Origin: Eledone cirrhosa
Taxonomy: Eukaryota
Assembly (NCBI GenBank): GCA_964016885.1
Contig: OZ024752.1
Span: 29,884,001 to 29,948,000 of the forward strand
DNA length: 64,000 nucleotides
Reading direction: 5' to 3'
Shown here: positions 40,501 to 53,450 of the stretch, in pieces
Numbering within the stretch: position 1 is the stretch's first letter
How the letters are laid out: every line of letters begins with the position of its first letter
The notes under the pieces: generated by a model
Seen by the model: only the letters and a program-made list of their open reading frames with translations
What the model was told of the DNA's origin: nothing
Database searches by the model: none
Position numbers and translations under genes: made by a program

Positions 40501-43500
40501 ATTGCCAGAGATGGTAATATTGTAGATGTGGGATGTGTGGTCACCGTAATAGATTGGCAGCGATGGTAATGTTGTAGATGTGGGGTGTGTGGTCACTGTA
40601 ATAGATTGCCAGAGATGGTAATGTTGTAGATGTGGGATGTTTGGCCACTGTAATAGATTGCCAGAGATGGTAATATTGTAGATGTGGGATGTGTGGTCAC
40701 CGTAATAGATTGCCAGAGATGGTAATATTGTAGATGTGGGATGTGTGGTCACTGTAATAGATTGGCAGAGATGGTAATGTTGTAGATGTGGGGTGTGTGG
40801 TCACTGTAATAGATTGCCAGAGATGGTAATATTGTAGATGTGGGATGTGTGGTCACTGTAATAGATTGCCAGAGATGGTAATATTGTAGATGTGGGATGT
40901 GTGGTTACTGTAATAGATTGGCAGAGATGGTAATGTTGTAGATGTGGGATGTGAGGTCACTGTAATAGATTGGCAGAGATGGTAATGTTGTCGATGTGGG
41001 ATGTTTGGCCACTGTAATAGATTGCCAGAGATGGTAATATTGTAGATGTGGGATGTGTGGTCACTGTAATAGATTGCCAGAGATGGTAATGTTGTAGATG
41101 TGGGATGTGTGGTCACTGTAATAGATTGCCAGAGATGGTAATATTGTAGATGTGGGATGTGTGGTCACCGTAATAGATTGGCAGAGATGGTAATATTGTA
41201 GATGTGGGATGTGTGGTCACTGTAAAAGATTGGCAGAGATGGTAATATTGTAGATGTGGGATGTGTGGTCACTGTAATAGATTGGCAGAGATGGTAATGT
41301 TGTAGATGTGGGATGTGTGGTCACTGTAATAGATTGGCAGAGATGGTAATATTGTAGATGTGGGATGTGAGGTCACTGTAATAGATTGGCAGAGATGGTA
41401 ATATTGTAGATGTGGGATGTGTGGTCACTGTAATAGATTGCCAGAGATGGTAATGTTGTAGATGTGGGATGTGTGGTCACTGTAATAGATTGGCAGAGAT
41501 GGTAATGTTGTAGATGTGGGATGTGAGGTCACTGTAATAGATTGGTAGAGATGGTAATATTGTAGATGTGGGATGTGTGGTCACTGTAATAGATTGCCAG
41601 ATATGGTAATATTGTAGATGTGGGATGTGTGGTCACCGTAATAGATTGGCAGAGATGGTTATGTTGTAGATGTGGGGTGTTTGGTCACTGTAATAGATTG
41701 CCAGAGATGGTATTATTGTAGATGTGGGATGTGTGGTCACTGTAATAGATTGGCAGAGATGGTAATGTTGTAGATGTGGGGTGTGTGGTCATTGTAATAG
41801 ATTGCCAGAGATGGTAATATTGTAGATGTGGTATGTGAAGTCACTGTAATAGGTTGCCAGAGATGGTAATATTGTAGATGTGGGATGTGTGGTCACCGTA
41901 ATAGATTGCCAGAGATGGTAATATTGTAGATGTGGGATGTGTGGTCACCGTAATAGATTGGCAGCGATGGTAATGTTGTAGATGTGGGGTGTGTGGTCAC
42001 TGTAATAGATTGCCAGAGATGGTAATGTTGTAGATGTGGGATGTTTGGCCACTGTAATAGATTGCCAGAGATGGTAATATTGTAAATGTGGGATGTGTGG
42101 TCACCGTAATAGATTGCCAGAGATGGTAATATTGTAGATGTGGGATGTGTGGTCACTGTAATAGATTGGCAGAGATGGTAATCTTGTAGATGTGGGGTGT
42201 GTGGTCACTGTAATAGATTGCCAGAGATGGTAATATTGTAGATGTGGGATGTGTGGTCACTGTAATAGATTGCCAGAGATGGTAATATTGTAGATGTGGG
42301 ATGTGTGGTTACTGTAATAGATTGGCAGAGATGGTAATGTTGTAGATGTGGGATGTGAGGTCACTGTAATAGATTGGCAGAGATGGTAATGTTGTCGATG
42401 TGGGATGTTTGGCCACTGTAATAGATTGCCAGAGATGGTAATATTGTAGATGTGGGATGTGTGGTCACTGTAATAGATTGCCAGAGATGGTAATGTTGTA
42501 GATGTGGGATGTGTGGTCACTGTAATAGATTGCCAGAGATGGTAATATTGTAGATGTGGGATGTGTGGTCACCGTAATAGATTGGCAGAGATGGTAATAT
42601 TGTAGATGTGGGATGTGTGGTCACTGTAAAAGATTGGCAGAGATGGTAATATTGTAGATGTGGGATGTGTGGTCACTGTAATAGATTGGCAGAGATGGTA
42701 ATGTTGTAGATGTGGGATGTGTGGTCACTGTAATAGATTGGCAGAGATGGTAATATTGTAGATGTGGGATGTGAGGTCACTGTAATAGATTGGCAGAGAT
42801 GGTAATATTGTAGATGTGGGATGTGTGGTCACTGTAATAGATTGCCAGAGATGGTAATGTTGTAGATGTGGGATGTGAGGTCACTGTAATAGATTGGTAG
42901 AGATGGTAATATTGTAGATGTGGGATGTGTGGTCACTGTAAAAGATTGGCAGAGATGGTAATATTGTAGATGTGGGATGTGTGGTCACTGTAATAGATTG
43001 GCAGAGATGGTAATGTTGTAGATGTGGGATGTGTGGTCACTGTAATAGATTGGCAGAGATGGTAATATTGTAGATGTGGGATGTGAGGTCACTGTAATAG
43101 ATTGGCAGAGATGGTAATATTGTAGATGTGGGATGTGTGGTCACTGTAATAGATTGCCAGAGATGGTAATGTTGTAGATGTGGGATGTGTGGTCACTGTA
43201 ATAGATTGGCAGAGATGGTAATATTGTAGATGTGGGATGTGTGGTCACTGTAATAGATTGCCAGAGATGGTAATGTTGTAGATGTGGGATGTGTGGTCAC
43301 TATAATAGATTGGCAGAGATGGTAATATTGTAGATGTGGGATGTGTGGTCACTGTAATAGATTGCCAGAGATGGTAATGTTGTAGATGTGGGATGTGTGG
43401 TCACTGTAATAGATTGGCAGAGATGGTAATGTTGTAGATGTGGGATGTGAGGTCACTGTAATAGATTGGTAGAGATGGTAATATTGTAGATGTGGGATGT

Positions 43501-46500
43501 GAGGTCACTGTAATAGATTGGTAGAGATGGTAATATTGTAGATGTGGGATGTGAGGTCACTGTAATAGATTGGTAGAGATGGTAATATTGTAGATGTGGG
43601 ATGTGTGGTCACTGTAATAGATTGGCAGAGATGGTAATATTGTAGATGTGGGATGTGTGGTCACTGTAATAGATTGCCAAAGATGGTAATGTTGTAGGTG
43701 TGGGATGTTTGGTCACTGTAATAGATTGGCAAAGATGGTAATATTGTAGATGTAGGATGTGTGGTCACCGTAATAGATTGGCAAAGATGGTAATACTGTA
43801 GATGTAGGATGTGTGGTCACCGTAATAGATTACCAGAGATGGTAATATTGTAGATGTGGGATGTGTGGTCACTGTAATAGGTTACCAGAGATGATAATGT
43901 TGTAGATGTGGGATGTGAGGTCACTGTAATAGATTGGCAGAGATGGTAATGTTGTAGGTGTGGGATGTGTGGTCACCGTAATAGATTGCCAGAGATGGTA
44001 ATATTGTAGATGTGGGATGTGTGGTCACTGTAATAGATTGGCAGAGATGGTAATATTGTAGATCTGGGATGTGTGGTCACTGTAATAGATTGGCAGAGAT
44101 GGTAATGTTGTAGATGTGGGATGTGTGGTCACCGTAATAGATTGCCAGAGATGGTAATATTGTAGATGTGGGATGTGTGGTCACTGTAATAGATTGGCAG
44201 AGATGGTAATGTTGTAGATGTGGGATGTGTGGTCACTTTAATAGGTTGCCAGAGATGGTAATATTGTAGATGTGGGACGTGTGGTCACTGTAATAGCTTG
44301 CCAGAGATGGTAATATTGTAGATGTGGGATGTGTGGTCACCGTAATAGATTGCCAGAGATGGTAATATTGTAGATGTGGGATGTGTGGTCACCGTAATAG
44401 ATTGGCAGAGATGGTAATGTTGTAGATGTGGGGTGTGTGGTCACTGTAATAGATTGCCAGAGATGGTAATATTGTAGATGTGGGATGTGTGGTCACTGTA
44501 GTAGATTGGCAGAGATGGTAATGTTGTAGATGTGGGGTGTGTGGTCACTGTAATAGATTGCCAGAGATGGTAATATTGTAGATGTGGTATGTGAAGTCAC
44601 TGTAATAGGTTGCCAGAGATGGTAATATTGTAGATGTGGGATGTGTGGTCACCGTAATAGATTGGCAGCGATGGTAATGTTGTAGATGTGGGGTGTGTGG
44701 TCACTGTAATAGATTGCCAGAGATGGTAATGTTGTAGATGTGGGATGTTTGGCCACTGTAATAGATTGCCAGAGATGGTAATATTGTAAATGTGGGATGT
44801 GTGGTCACCGTAATAGATTGCAAGAGATGGTAATATTGTAGATGTGGGATGTGTGGTCACTGTAATAGATTGGCAGAGATGGTAATCTTGTAGATGTGGG
44901 GTGTGTGGTCACTGTAATAGATTGCCAGAGATGGTAATATTGTAGATGTGGGATGTGTGGTCACTGTAATAGATTGCCAGAGATGGTAATATTGTAGATG
45001 TGGGATGTGTGGTTACTGTAATAGATTGGCAGAGATGGTAATGTTGTAGATGTGGGATGTGAGGTCACTGTAATAGATTGGCAGAGATGGTAATGTTGTC
45101 GATGTGGGATGTTTGGCCACTGTAATAGATTGCCAGAGATGGTAATATTGTAGATGTGGGATGTGTGGTCACTGTAATAGATTGCCAGAGATGGTAATGT
45201 TGTAGATGTGGGATGTGTGGTCACTGTAATAGATTGCCAGAGATGGTAATATTGTAGATGTGGGATGTGTGGTCACCGTAATAGATTGGCAGAGATGGTA
45301 ATATTGTAGATGTGGGATGTGTGGTCACTGTAAAAGATTGGCAGAGATGGTAATATTGTAGATGTGGGATGTGTGGTCACTGTAATAGATTGGCAGAGAT
45401 GGTAATGTTGTAGATGTGGGATGTGTGGTCACTGTAATAGATTGGCAGAGATGGTAATATTGTAGATGTGGGATGTGAGGTCACTGTAATAGATTGGCAG
45501 AGATGGTAATATTGTAGATGTGGGATGTGTGGTCACTGTAATAGATTGCCAGAGATGGTAATGTTGTAGATGTGGGATGTGAGGTCACTGTAATAGATTG
45601 GTAGAGATGGTAATATTGTAGATGTGGGATGTGTGGTCACTGTAAAAGATTGGCAGAGATGGTAATATTGTAGATGTGGGATGTGTGGTCACTGTAATAG
45701 ATTGGCAGAGATGGTAATGTTGTAGATGTGGGATGTGTGGTCACTGTAATAGATTGGCAGAGATGGTAATATTGTAGATGTGGGATGTGAGGTCACTGTA
45801 ATAGATTGGCAGAGATGGTAATATTGTAGATGTGGGATGTGTGGTCACTGTAATAGATTGCCAGAGATGGTAATGTTGTAGATGTGGGATGTGTGGTCAC
45901 TGTAATAGATTGGCAGAGATGGTAATATTGTAGATGTGGGATGTGTGGTCACTGTAATAGATTGCCAGAGATGGTAATGTTGTAGATGTGGGATGTGTGG
46001 TCACTATAATAGATTGGCAGAGATGGTAATATTGTAGATGTGGGATGTGTGGTCACTGTAATAGATTGCCAGAGATGGTAATGTTGTAGATGTGGGATGT
46101 GTGGTCACTGTAATAGATTGGCAGAGATGGTAATGTTGTAGATGTGGGATGTGAGGTCACTGTAATAGATTGGTAGAGATGGTAATATTGTAGATGTGGG
46201 ATGTGAGGTCACTGTAATAGATTGGTAGAGATGGTAATATTGTAGATGTGGGATGTGAGGTCACTGTAATAGATTGGTAGAGATGGTAATATTGTAGATG
46301 TGGGATGTGTGGTCACTGTAATAGATTGGCAGAGATGGTAATATTGTAGATGTGGGATGTGTGGTCACTGTAATAGATTGCCAAAGATGGTAATGTTGTA
46401 GGTGTGGGATGTTTGGTCACTGTAATAGATTGGCAAAGATGGTAATATTGTAGATGTAGGATGTGTGGTCACCGTAATAGATTGGCAAAGATGGTAATAC

Positions 46501-49500
46501 TGTAGATGTAGGATGTGTGGTCACCGTAATAGATTACCAGAGATGGTAATATTGTAGATGTGGGATGTGTGGTCACTGTAATAGGTTACCAGAGATGATA
46601 ATGTTGTAGATGTGGGATGTGAGGTCACTGTAATAGATTGGCAGAGATGGTAATGTTGTAGGTGTGGGATGTGTGGTCACCGTAATAGATTGCCAGAGAT
46701 GGTAATATTGTAGATGTGGGATGTGTGGTCACTGTAATAGATTGGCAGAGATGGTAATATTGTAGATCTGGGATGTGTGGTCACTGTAATAGATTGGCAG
46801 AGATGGTAATGTTGTAGATGTGGGATGTGTGGTCACCGTAATAGATTGCCAGAGATGGTAATATTGTAGATGTGGGATGTGTGGTCACTGTAATAGATTG
46901 GCAGAGATGGTAATGTTGTAGATGTGGGATGTGTGGTCACTTTAATAGGTTGCCAGAGATGGTAATATTGTAGATGTGGGACGTGTGGTCACTGTAATAG
47001 CTTGCCAGAGATGGTAATATTGTAGATGTGGGATGTGTGGTCACCGTAATAGATTGCCAGAGATGGTAATATTGTAGATGTGGGATGTGTGGTCACCGTA
47101 ATAGATTGGCAGAGATGGTAATGTTGTAGATGTGGGGTGTGTGGTCACTGTAATAGATTGCCAGAGATGGTAATATTGTAGATGTGGGATGTGTGGTCAC
47201 TGTAGTAGATTGGCAGAGATGGTAATGTTGTAGATGTGGGGTGTGTGGTCACTGTAATAGATTGCCAGAGATGGTAATATTGTAGATGTGGTATGTGAAG
47301 TCACTGTAATAGGTTGCCAGAGATGGTAATATTGTAGATGTGGGATGTGTGGTCACCGTAATAGATTGCCAGAGATGGTAATATTGTAGATGTGGGATGT
47401 GTGGTCACTGTAATAGATTGGCAGAGATGGTAATGTTGTAGATGTGGGATGTGTGGTCACTGTAATAGATTGCCAGAGATGGTAATGTTGTAGATGTGGG
47501 ATGTGTGGTCACTGTAATAGATTGCCAGAGATGGTAATATTGTAGATGTGGGATGTGTGGTCACTGTAATAGATTGCCAGAGATGGTAATGTTGTAGATG
47601 TGGGATGTGAGGTCACTGTAATAGATTGGCAGAGATGGTAATATTGTAGATGTTGGATGTGTGGTCACTGTAATAGATTGCCGGAGATGGTAATGTTGTA
47701 GATGTGGGATGTGTGGTCACTGTAATAGATTGGTAGAGATGGTAATATTGTAGATGTGGGACGTGTGGTCACTGTAATAGATTGCCAGAGATGGTAATGT
47801 TGTAGATGTGGGATGTGTGGTCACTATAATAGATTGGCAGAGATGGTAATATTGTAGATGTGGGATGTGTGGTCACTGTAATAGATTGCCAGAGATGGTA
47901 ATGTTGTAGATGTGGGATGTGTGGTCACTGTAATAGATTGGCAGAGATGGTAATGTTGTAGATGTGGGATGTGAGGTCACTGTAATAGATTGGTAGAGAT
48001 GGTAATATTGTAGATGTGGGATGTGAGGTCACTGTAATAGATTGGTAGAGATGGTAATATTGTAGATGTGGGATGTGAGGTCACTGTAATAGATTGGTAG
48101 AGATGGTAATATTGTAGATGTGGGATGTGTGGTCACTGTAATAGATTGGCAGAGATGGTAAAATTGTAGATGTGGGATGTGTGGTCACTGTAATAGATTG
48201 CCAAAGATGGTAATATTGTAGATGTGGGATGTGTGGTCACAGTAATAGGTTGCCAGAGATGGTAATATTGTAGATGTGGGATGTGTGGTCACTGTAATAG
48301 ATTGCCAGAGATGGTAATGTTGTAGATGTGGGATGTGTGGTCACTGTAATAGATTGCCAGAGATGGTAATGTTGTAGATGTGGGATGTGTGGCCACTGTA
48401 ATAGATTACCAGAGATGGTAATGTTGTAGATGTGGGATGTGTGGTCACTGTAATAGATTGGCAGAGATGGTAATGTTGTAGATGTAGGATGTGTGGTCAC
48501 TGTAATAGATTGCCAGAGATGGTAATGTTGTAGATGTGGCATGTGTGGTCACTGTAATAGATTGCCAGAGATGGTAATGTTGTAGATGTGGGATGTGTGG
48601 CCACTGTAATAGATTGCCAGAGATGGTAATATTGTAGATGTGGGATGTGTGGTCACAGTAATAGGTTGCCAGAGATGGTAATATTGTAGATGTGGGATGT
48701 GTGGTCACTGTAATAGATTGCCAGAGATGGTAATGTTGTAGATGTGGGATGTGTGGTCACTGTAATAGATTGCCAGAGATGGTAATGTTGTAGATGTGGG
48801 ATGTGTGGCCACTGTAATAGATTACCAGAGATGGTAATGTTGTAGATGTGGGATGTGTGGTCACTGTAATAGATTGGCAGAGATGGTAATGTTGTAGATG
48901 TAGGATGTGTGGTCACTGTAATAGATTGCCAGAGATGGTAATGTTGTAGATGTGGCATGTGTGGTCACTGTAATAGATTGCCAGAGATGGTAATGTTGTA
49001 GATGTGGGATGTGTGGCCACTGTAATAGATTGCCAGAGATGGTAATATTGTAGATGTGGGATGTGTGGTCACAGTAATAGGTTGCCAGAGATGGTAATAT
49101 TGTAGATGTGGGATGTGTGGTCACTGTAATAGATTGCCAGAGATGGTAATGTTGTAGATGTGGGATGTGTGGCCACTGTAATAGATTACCAGAGATGGTA
49201 ATGTTGTAGATGTGGGATGTGTGGTCACTGTAATAGATTGGCAGAGATGGTAATGTTGTAGATGTAGGATGTGTGGTCACTGTAATAGATTGCCAGAGAT
49301 GGTAATGTTGTAGATGTGGGATGTGTGGTCACTGTAATAGATTGCCAGAGATGGTAATGTTGTAGATGTGGGATGTGTGGCCACTGTAATAGATTGCCAG
49401 AGATGGTAATATTGTAGATGTGGGATGTGTGGTCACTGTAATAGATTGGCAAAGATGGTAATATTGTAGATGTAGGATGTGTGGTCACCGTAATAGATTA

Positions 49501-52500
49501 CCAGAGATGGTAATATTGTAGATGTGGGATGTGTGGTCACTGTAATAGGTTACCAGAGATGATAATGTTGTAGATGTGGGATGTGAGGTCACTGTAATAG
49601 ATTGGCAGTGATGGTAATGTTGTAGATGTGGGATGTGTGGTCACCGTAATAGATTGCCAGAGATGGTAATATTGTAGATGTGGGATGTGTAGTCACTGTA
49701 ATAGATTGCCAGAGATGGTAATATTGTAGATGTGGGATGTGTGGTCACTGTAATAGATTGGCAGACATGGTAATATTGTAGATGTGGGATGTGTGGTCAT
49801 GGTAATAGGTTGCCAGAGATGGTAATATTGTAGATGTGGGATGTGTGGTCACCGTAATAGATTGGCAGAGATGGTAATGTTGTAGATGTGGGATGTGTGG
49901 TCACTGTAATAGATTGCCAGAGATGGTAATGTTGTAGATGTGGGATGTGTGGCCACTGTAATAGATTGCCAGAGATGGTAATGTTGTAGATGTGGGATGT
50001 GTGGCCACTGTAATAGATTGCCAGAGATGGTAATGTTGTAGATGTGGGATGTGTGGTCACTGTAATAGATTGCCAGAGATGGTAATATTGCAGATGAGGG
50101 ATGTGTGGTCACTGTAATAGATTACCAGAGATGGTAATGTTGTAGATGTGGGATGTGTGGTCACTGTAATAGATTGGCAGAGATGGTAATGTTGTAGATG
50201 TAGGATGTGTGGTCACTGTAATAGATTGCCAGAGATGGTAATGTTGTAGATGTGGCATGTGTGGTCACTGTAATAGATTGGCAGAGATGGTAATGTTGTA
50301 GATGTGGGATGTGAGGTCACTGTAATAGATTGCCAGAGATCGTAATATTGTAGATGTGGGATGTGTGGTCACTGTAATAGATTGCCAGAGATGGTAATGT
50401 TGTAGATGTGGGATGTGTGGTCACTGTAATAGATTGGCAGAGATGGTAATATTGTAGATGTGGTATGTGTGGTCACTGTAATAGATTGGCAGAGATGGTA
50501 ATATTGTAGATGTGGGGTGTGTGGCCACTGTAATAGATTGGCAGAGATGGTAATATTGTAGATGTGGGATGTGTGGTCACTGTAATAGATTGGCAGAGAT
50601 GGTAATGTTGTAGATGTGGGATGTGTGGTCACTGTAATAGATTGCCAGAGATGGTAATATTGTAGATGTGGGATGTGTGGCCACTGTAATAGATTGCCAG
50701 AGATGGTAATATTGTAGATGTGGGATGTGTGGCCACTGTAATAGATTGCCAGAGATGGTAATATTGTAGATGTGGGATGTTTGGCCACTGTAATAGATTG
50801 CCAGAGATGGTAATATTGTAGATGTGGGATGTGTGGCCACTGTAATAGATTGGCAGAGATGGTAATATTGTAGATGTGGGATGTGTGGTTACTGTAATAG
50901 ATTGGCAGAGATGGTAATGTTGTAGATGTGGGATTTGAGGTCACTGTAATAGATTGGCAGAGATGGTAATGTTGTCGATGTGGGATGTTTGGCCACTGTA
51001 ATAGATTGGCAGAGATGGTAATATTGTAGATGTGGGATGTGTGGTCACCGTAATAGATTGCCAGAGATGGTAATATTGTAGATGTGGGATGTGTGGTCAC
51101 CGTAATAGATTGGCAGCGATGGTAATGTTGTAGATGTGGGGTGTGTGGTCACTGTAATAGATTGCCAGAGATGGTAATGTTGTAGATGTGGGATGTTTGG
51201 CCACTGTAATAGATTGCCAGAGATGGTAATATTGTAGATGTGGGATGTGTGGTCACCGTAATAGATTGCCAGAGATGGTAATATTGTAGATGTGGGATGT
51301 GTGGTCACTGTAATAGATTGGCAGAGATGGTAATGTTGTAGATGTGGGGTGTGTGGTCACTGTAATAGATTGCCAGAGATGGTAATATTGTAGATGTGGG
51401 ATGTGTGGTCACTGTAATAGATTGCCAGAGATGGTAATATTGTAGATGTGGGATGTGTGGTTACTGTAATAGATTGGCAGAGATTGTAATGTTGTAGATG
51501 TGGGATGTGAGGTCACTGTAATAGATTGGCAGAGATGGTAATGTTGTCGATGTGGGATGTTTGGCCACTGTAATAGATTGCCAGAGATGGTAATATTGTA
51601 GATGTGGGATGTGTGGTCACTGTAATAGATTGCCAGAGATGGTAATGTTGTAGATGTGGGATGTGTGGTCACTGTAATAGATTGCCAGAGATGGTAATAT
51701 TGTAGATGTGGGATGTGTGGTCACCGTAATAGATTGGCAGAGATGGTAATATTGTAGATGTGGGATGTGTGGTCACTGTAAAAGATTGGCAGAGATGGTA
51801 ATATTGTAGATGTGGGATGTGTGGTCACTGTAATAGATTGGCAGAGATGGTAATGTTGTAGATGTGGGATGTGTGGTCACTGTAATAGATTGGCAGAGAT
51901 GGTAATATTGTAGATGTGGGATGTGAGGTCACTGTAATAGATTGGCAGAGATGGTAATATTGTAGATGTGGGATGTGTGCTCACTGTAATAGATTGCCAG
52001 AGATGGTAATGTTGTAGATGTGGGATGTGTGGTCACTGTAATAGATTGGCAGAGATGGTAATGTTGTAGATGTGGGATGTGAGGTCACTGTAATAGATTG
52101 GTAGAGATGGTAATATTGTAGATGTGGGATGTGTGGTCACTGTAATAGATTGCCAGAGATGGTAATATTGTAGATGTGGGATGTGTGGTCACCGTAATAG
52201 ATTGGCAGAGATGGTTATGTTGTAGATGTGGGGTGTTTGGTCACTGTAATAGATTGCCAGAGATGGTAATATTGTAGATGTGGGATGTGTGGTCACTGTA
52301 ATAGATTGGCAGAGATGGTAATGTTGTAGATGTGGGGTGTGTGGTCACTGTAATAGATTGCCAGAGATGGTAATATTGTAGATGTGGTATGTGAAGTCAC
52401 TGTAATAGGTTGCCAGAGATGGTAATATTGTAGATGTGGGATGTGTGGTCACCGTAATAGATTGCCAGAGATGGTAATATTGTAGATGTGGGATGTGTGG

Positions 52501-53450
52501 TCACCGTAATAGATTGGCAGCGATGGTAATGTTGTAGATGTGGGGTGTGTGGTCACTGTAATAGATTGCCAGAGATGGTAATGTTGTAGATGTGGGATGT
52601 TTGGCCACTGTAATAGATTGCCAGAGATGGTAATATTGTAAATGTGGGATGTGTGGTCACCGTAATAGATTGCCAGAGATGGTAATATTGTAGATGTGGG
52701 ATGTGTGGTCACTGTAATAGATTGGCAGAGATGGTAATGTTGTAGATGTGGGGTGTGTGGTCACTGTAATAGATTGCCAGAGATGGTAATATTGTAGATG
52801 TGGGATGTGTGGTCACTGTAATAGATTGCCAGAGATGGTAATATTGTAGATGTGGGATGTGTGGTTACTGTAATAGATTGGCAGAGATGGTAATGTTGTA
52901 GATGTGGGATGTGAGGTCACTGTAATAGATTGGCAGAGATGGTAATGTTGTCGATGTGGGATGTTTGGCCACTGTAATAGATTGCCAGAGATGGTAATAT
53001 TGTAGATGTGGGATGTGTGGTCACTGTAATAGATTGCCAGAGATGGTAATGTTGTAGATGTGGGATGTGTGGTCACTGTAATAGATTGCCAGAGATGGTA
53101 ATATTGTAGATGTGGGATGTGTGGTCACCGTAATAGATTGGCAGAGATGGTAATATTGTAGATGTGGGATGTGTGGTCACTGTAAAAGATTGGCAGAGAT
53201 GGTAATATTGTAGATGTGGGATGTGTGGTCACTGTAATAGATTGGCAGAGATGGTAATGTTGTAGATGTGGGATGTGTGGTCACTGTAATAGATTGGCAG
53301 AGATGGTAATATTGTAGATGTGGGATGTGAGGTCACTGTAATAGATTGGCAGAGATGGTAATATTGTAGATGTGGGATGTGTGGTCACTGTAATAGATTG
53401 CCAGAGATGGTAATGTTGTAGATGTGGGATGTGAGGTCACTGTAATAGAT
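34500..53450 (+). repeat. Large tandem duplication, offset 11,960 bp (230 monomers), falling to 10,556 bp (203 monomers) after an internal 27-monomer duplication
   Basis: Paired variants at +11960: AGATCT 34804/46764, GTATGTGAAG 35331/47291, CCGGAG 35721/47681, GCAGACATG 37801/49761. ORF pairs at +10556: 39813/50369 and 41893/52449. Confidence 0.92.
41893..47300 (+). repeat. Tandem duplication of 2,704 bp (52 monomers)
   Basis: TGTAAATGTG at 42081/44785, AATCTTG at ~42180/~44884, AGATCT at 44060/46764, and ORFs at 42257/44961. Confidence 0.9.

Noticed and set aside
41893-47300. Special meaning of the 52 x 52 bp (2,704-bp) duplication
   Set aside because: Duplication sizes range widely (5 to 230 monomers), so 52 is a numerical coincidence.
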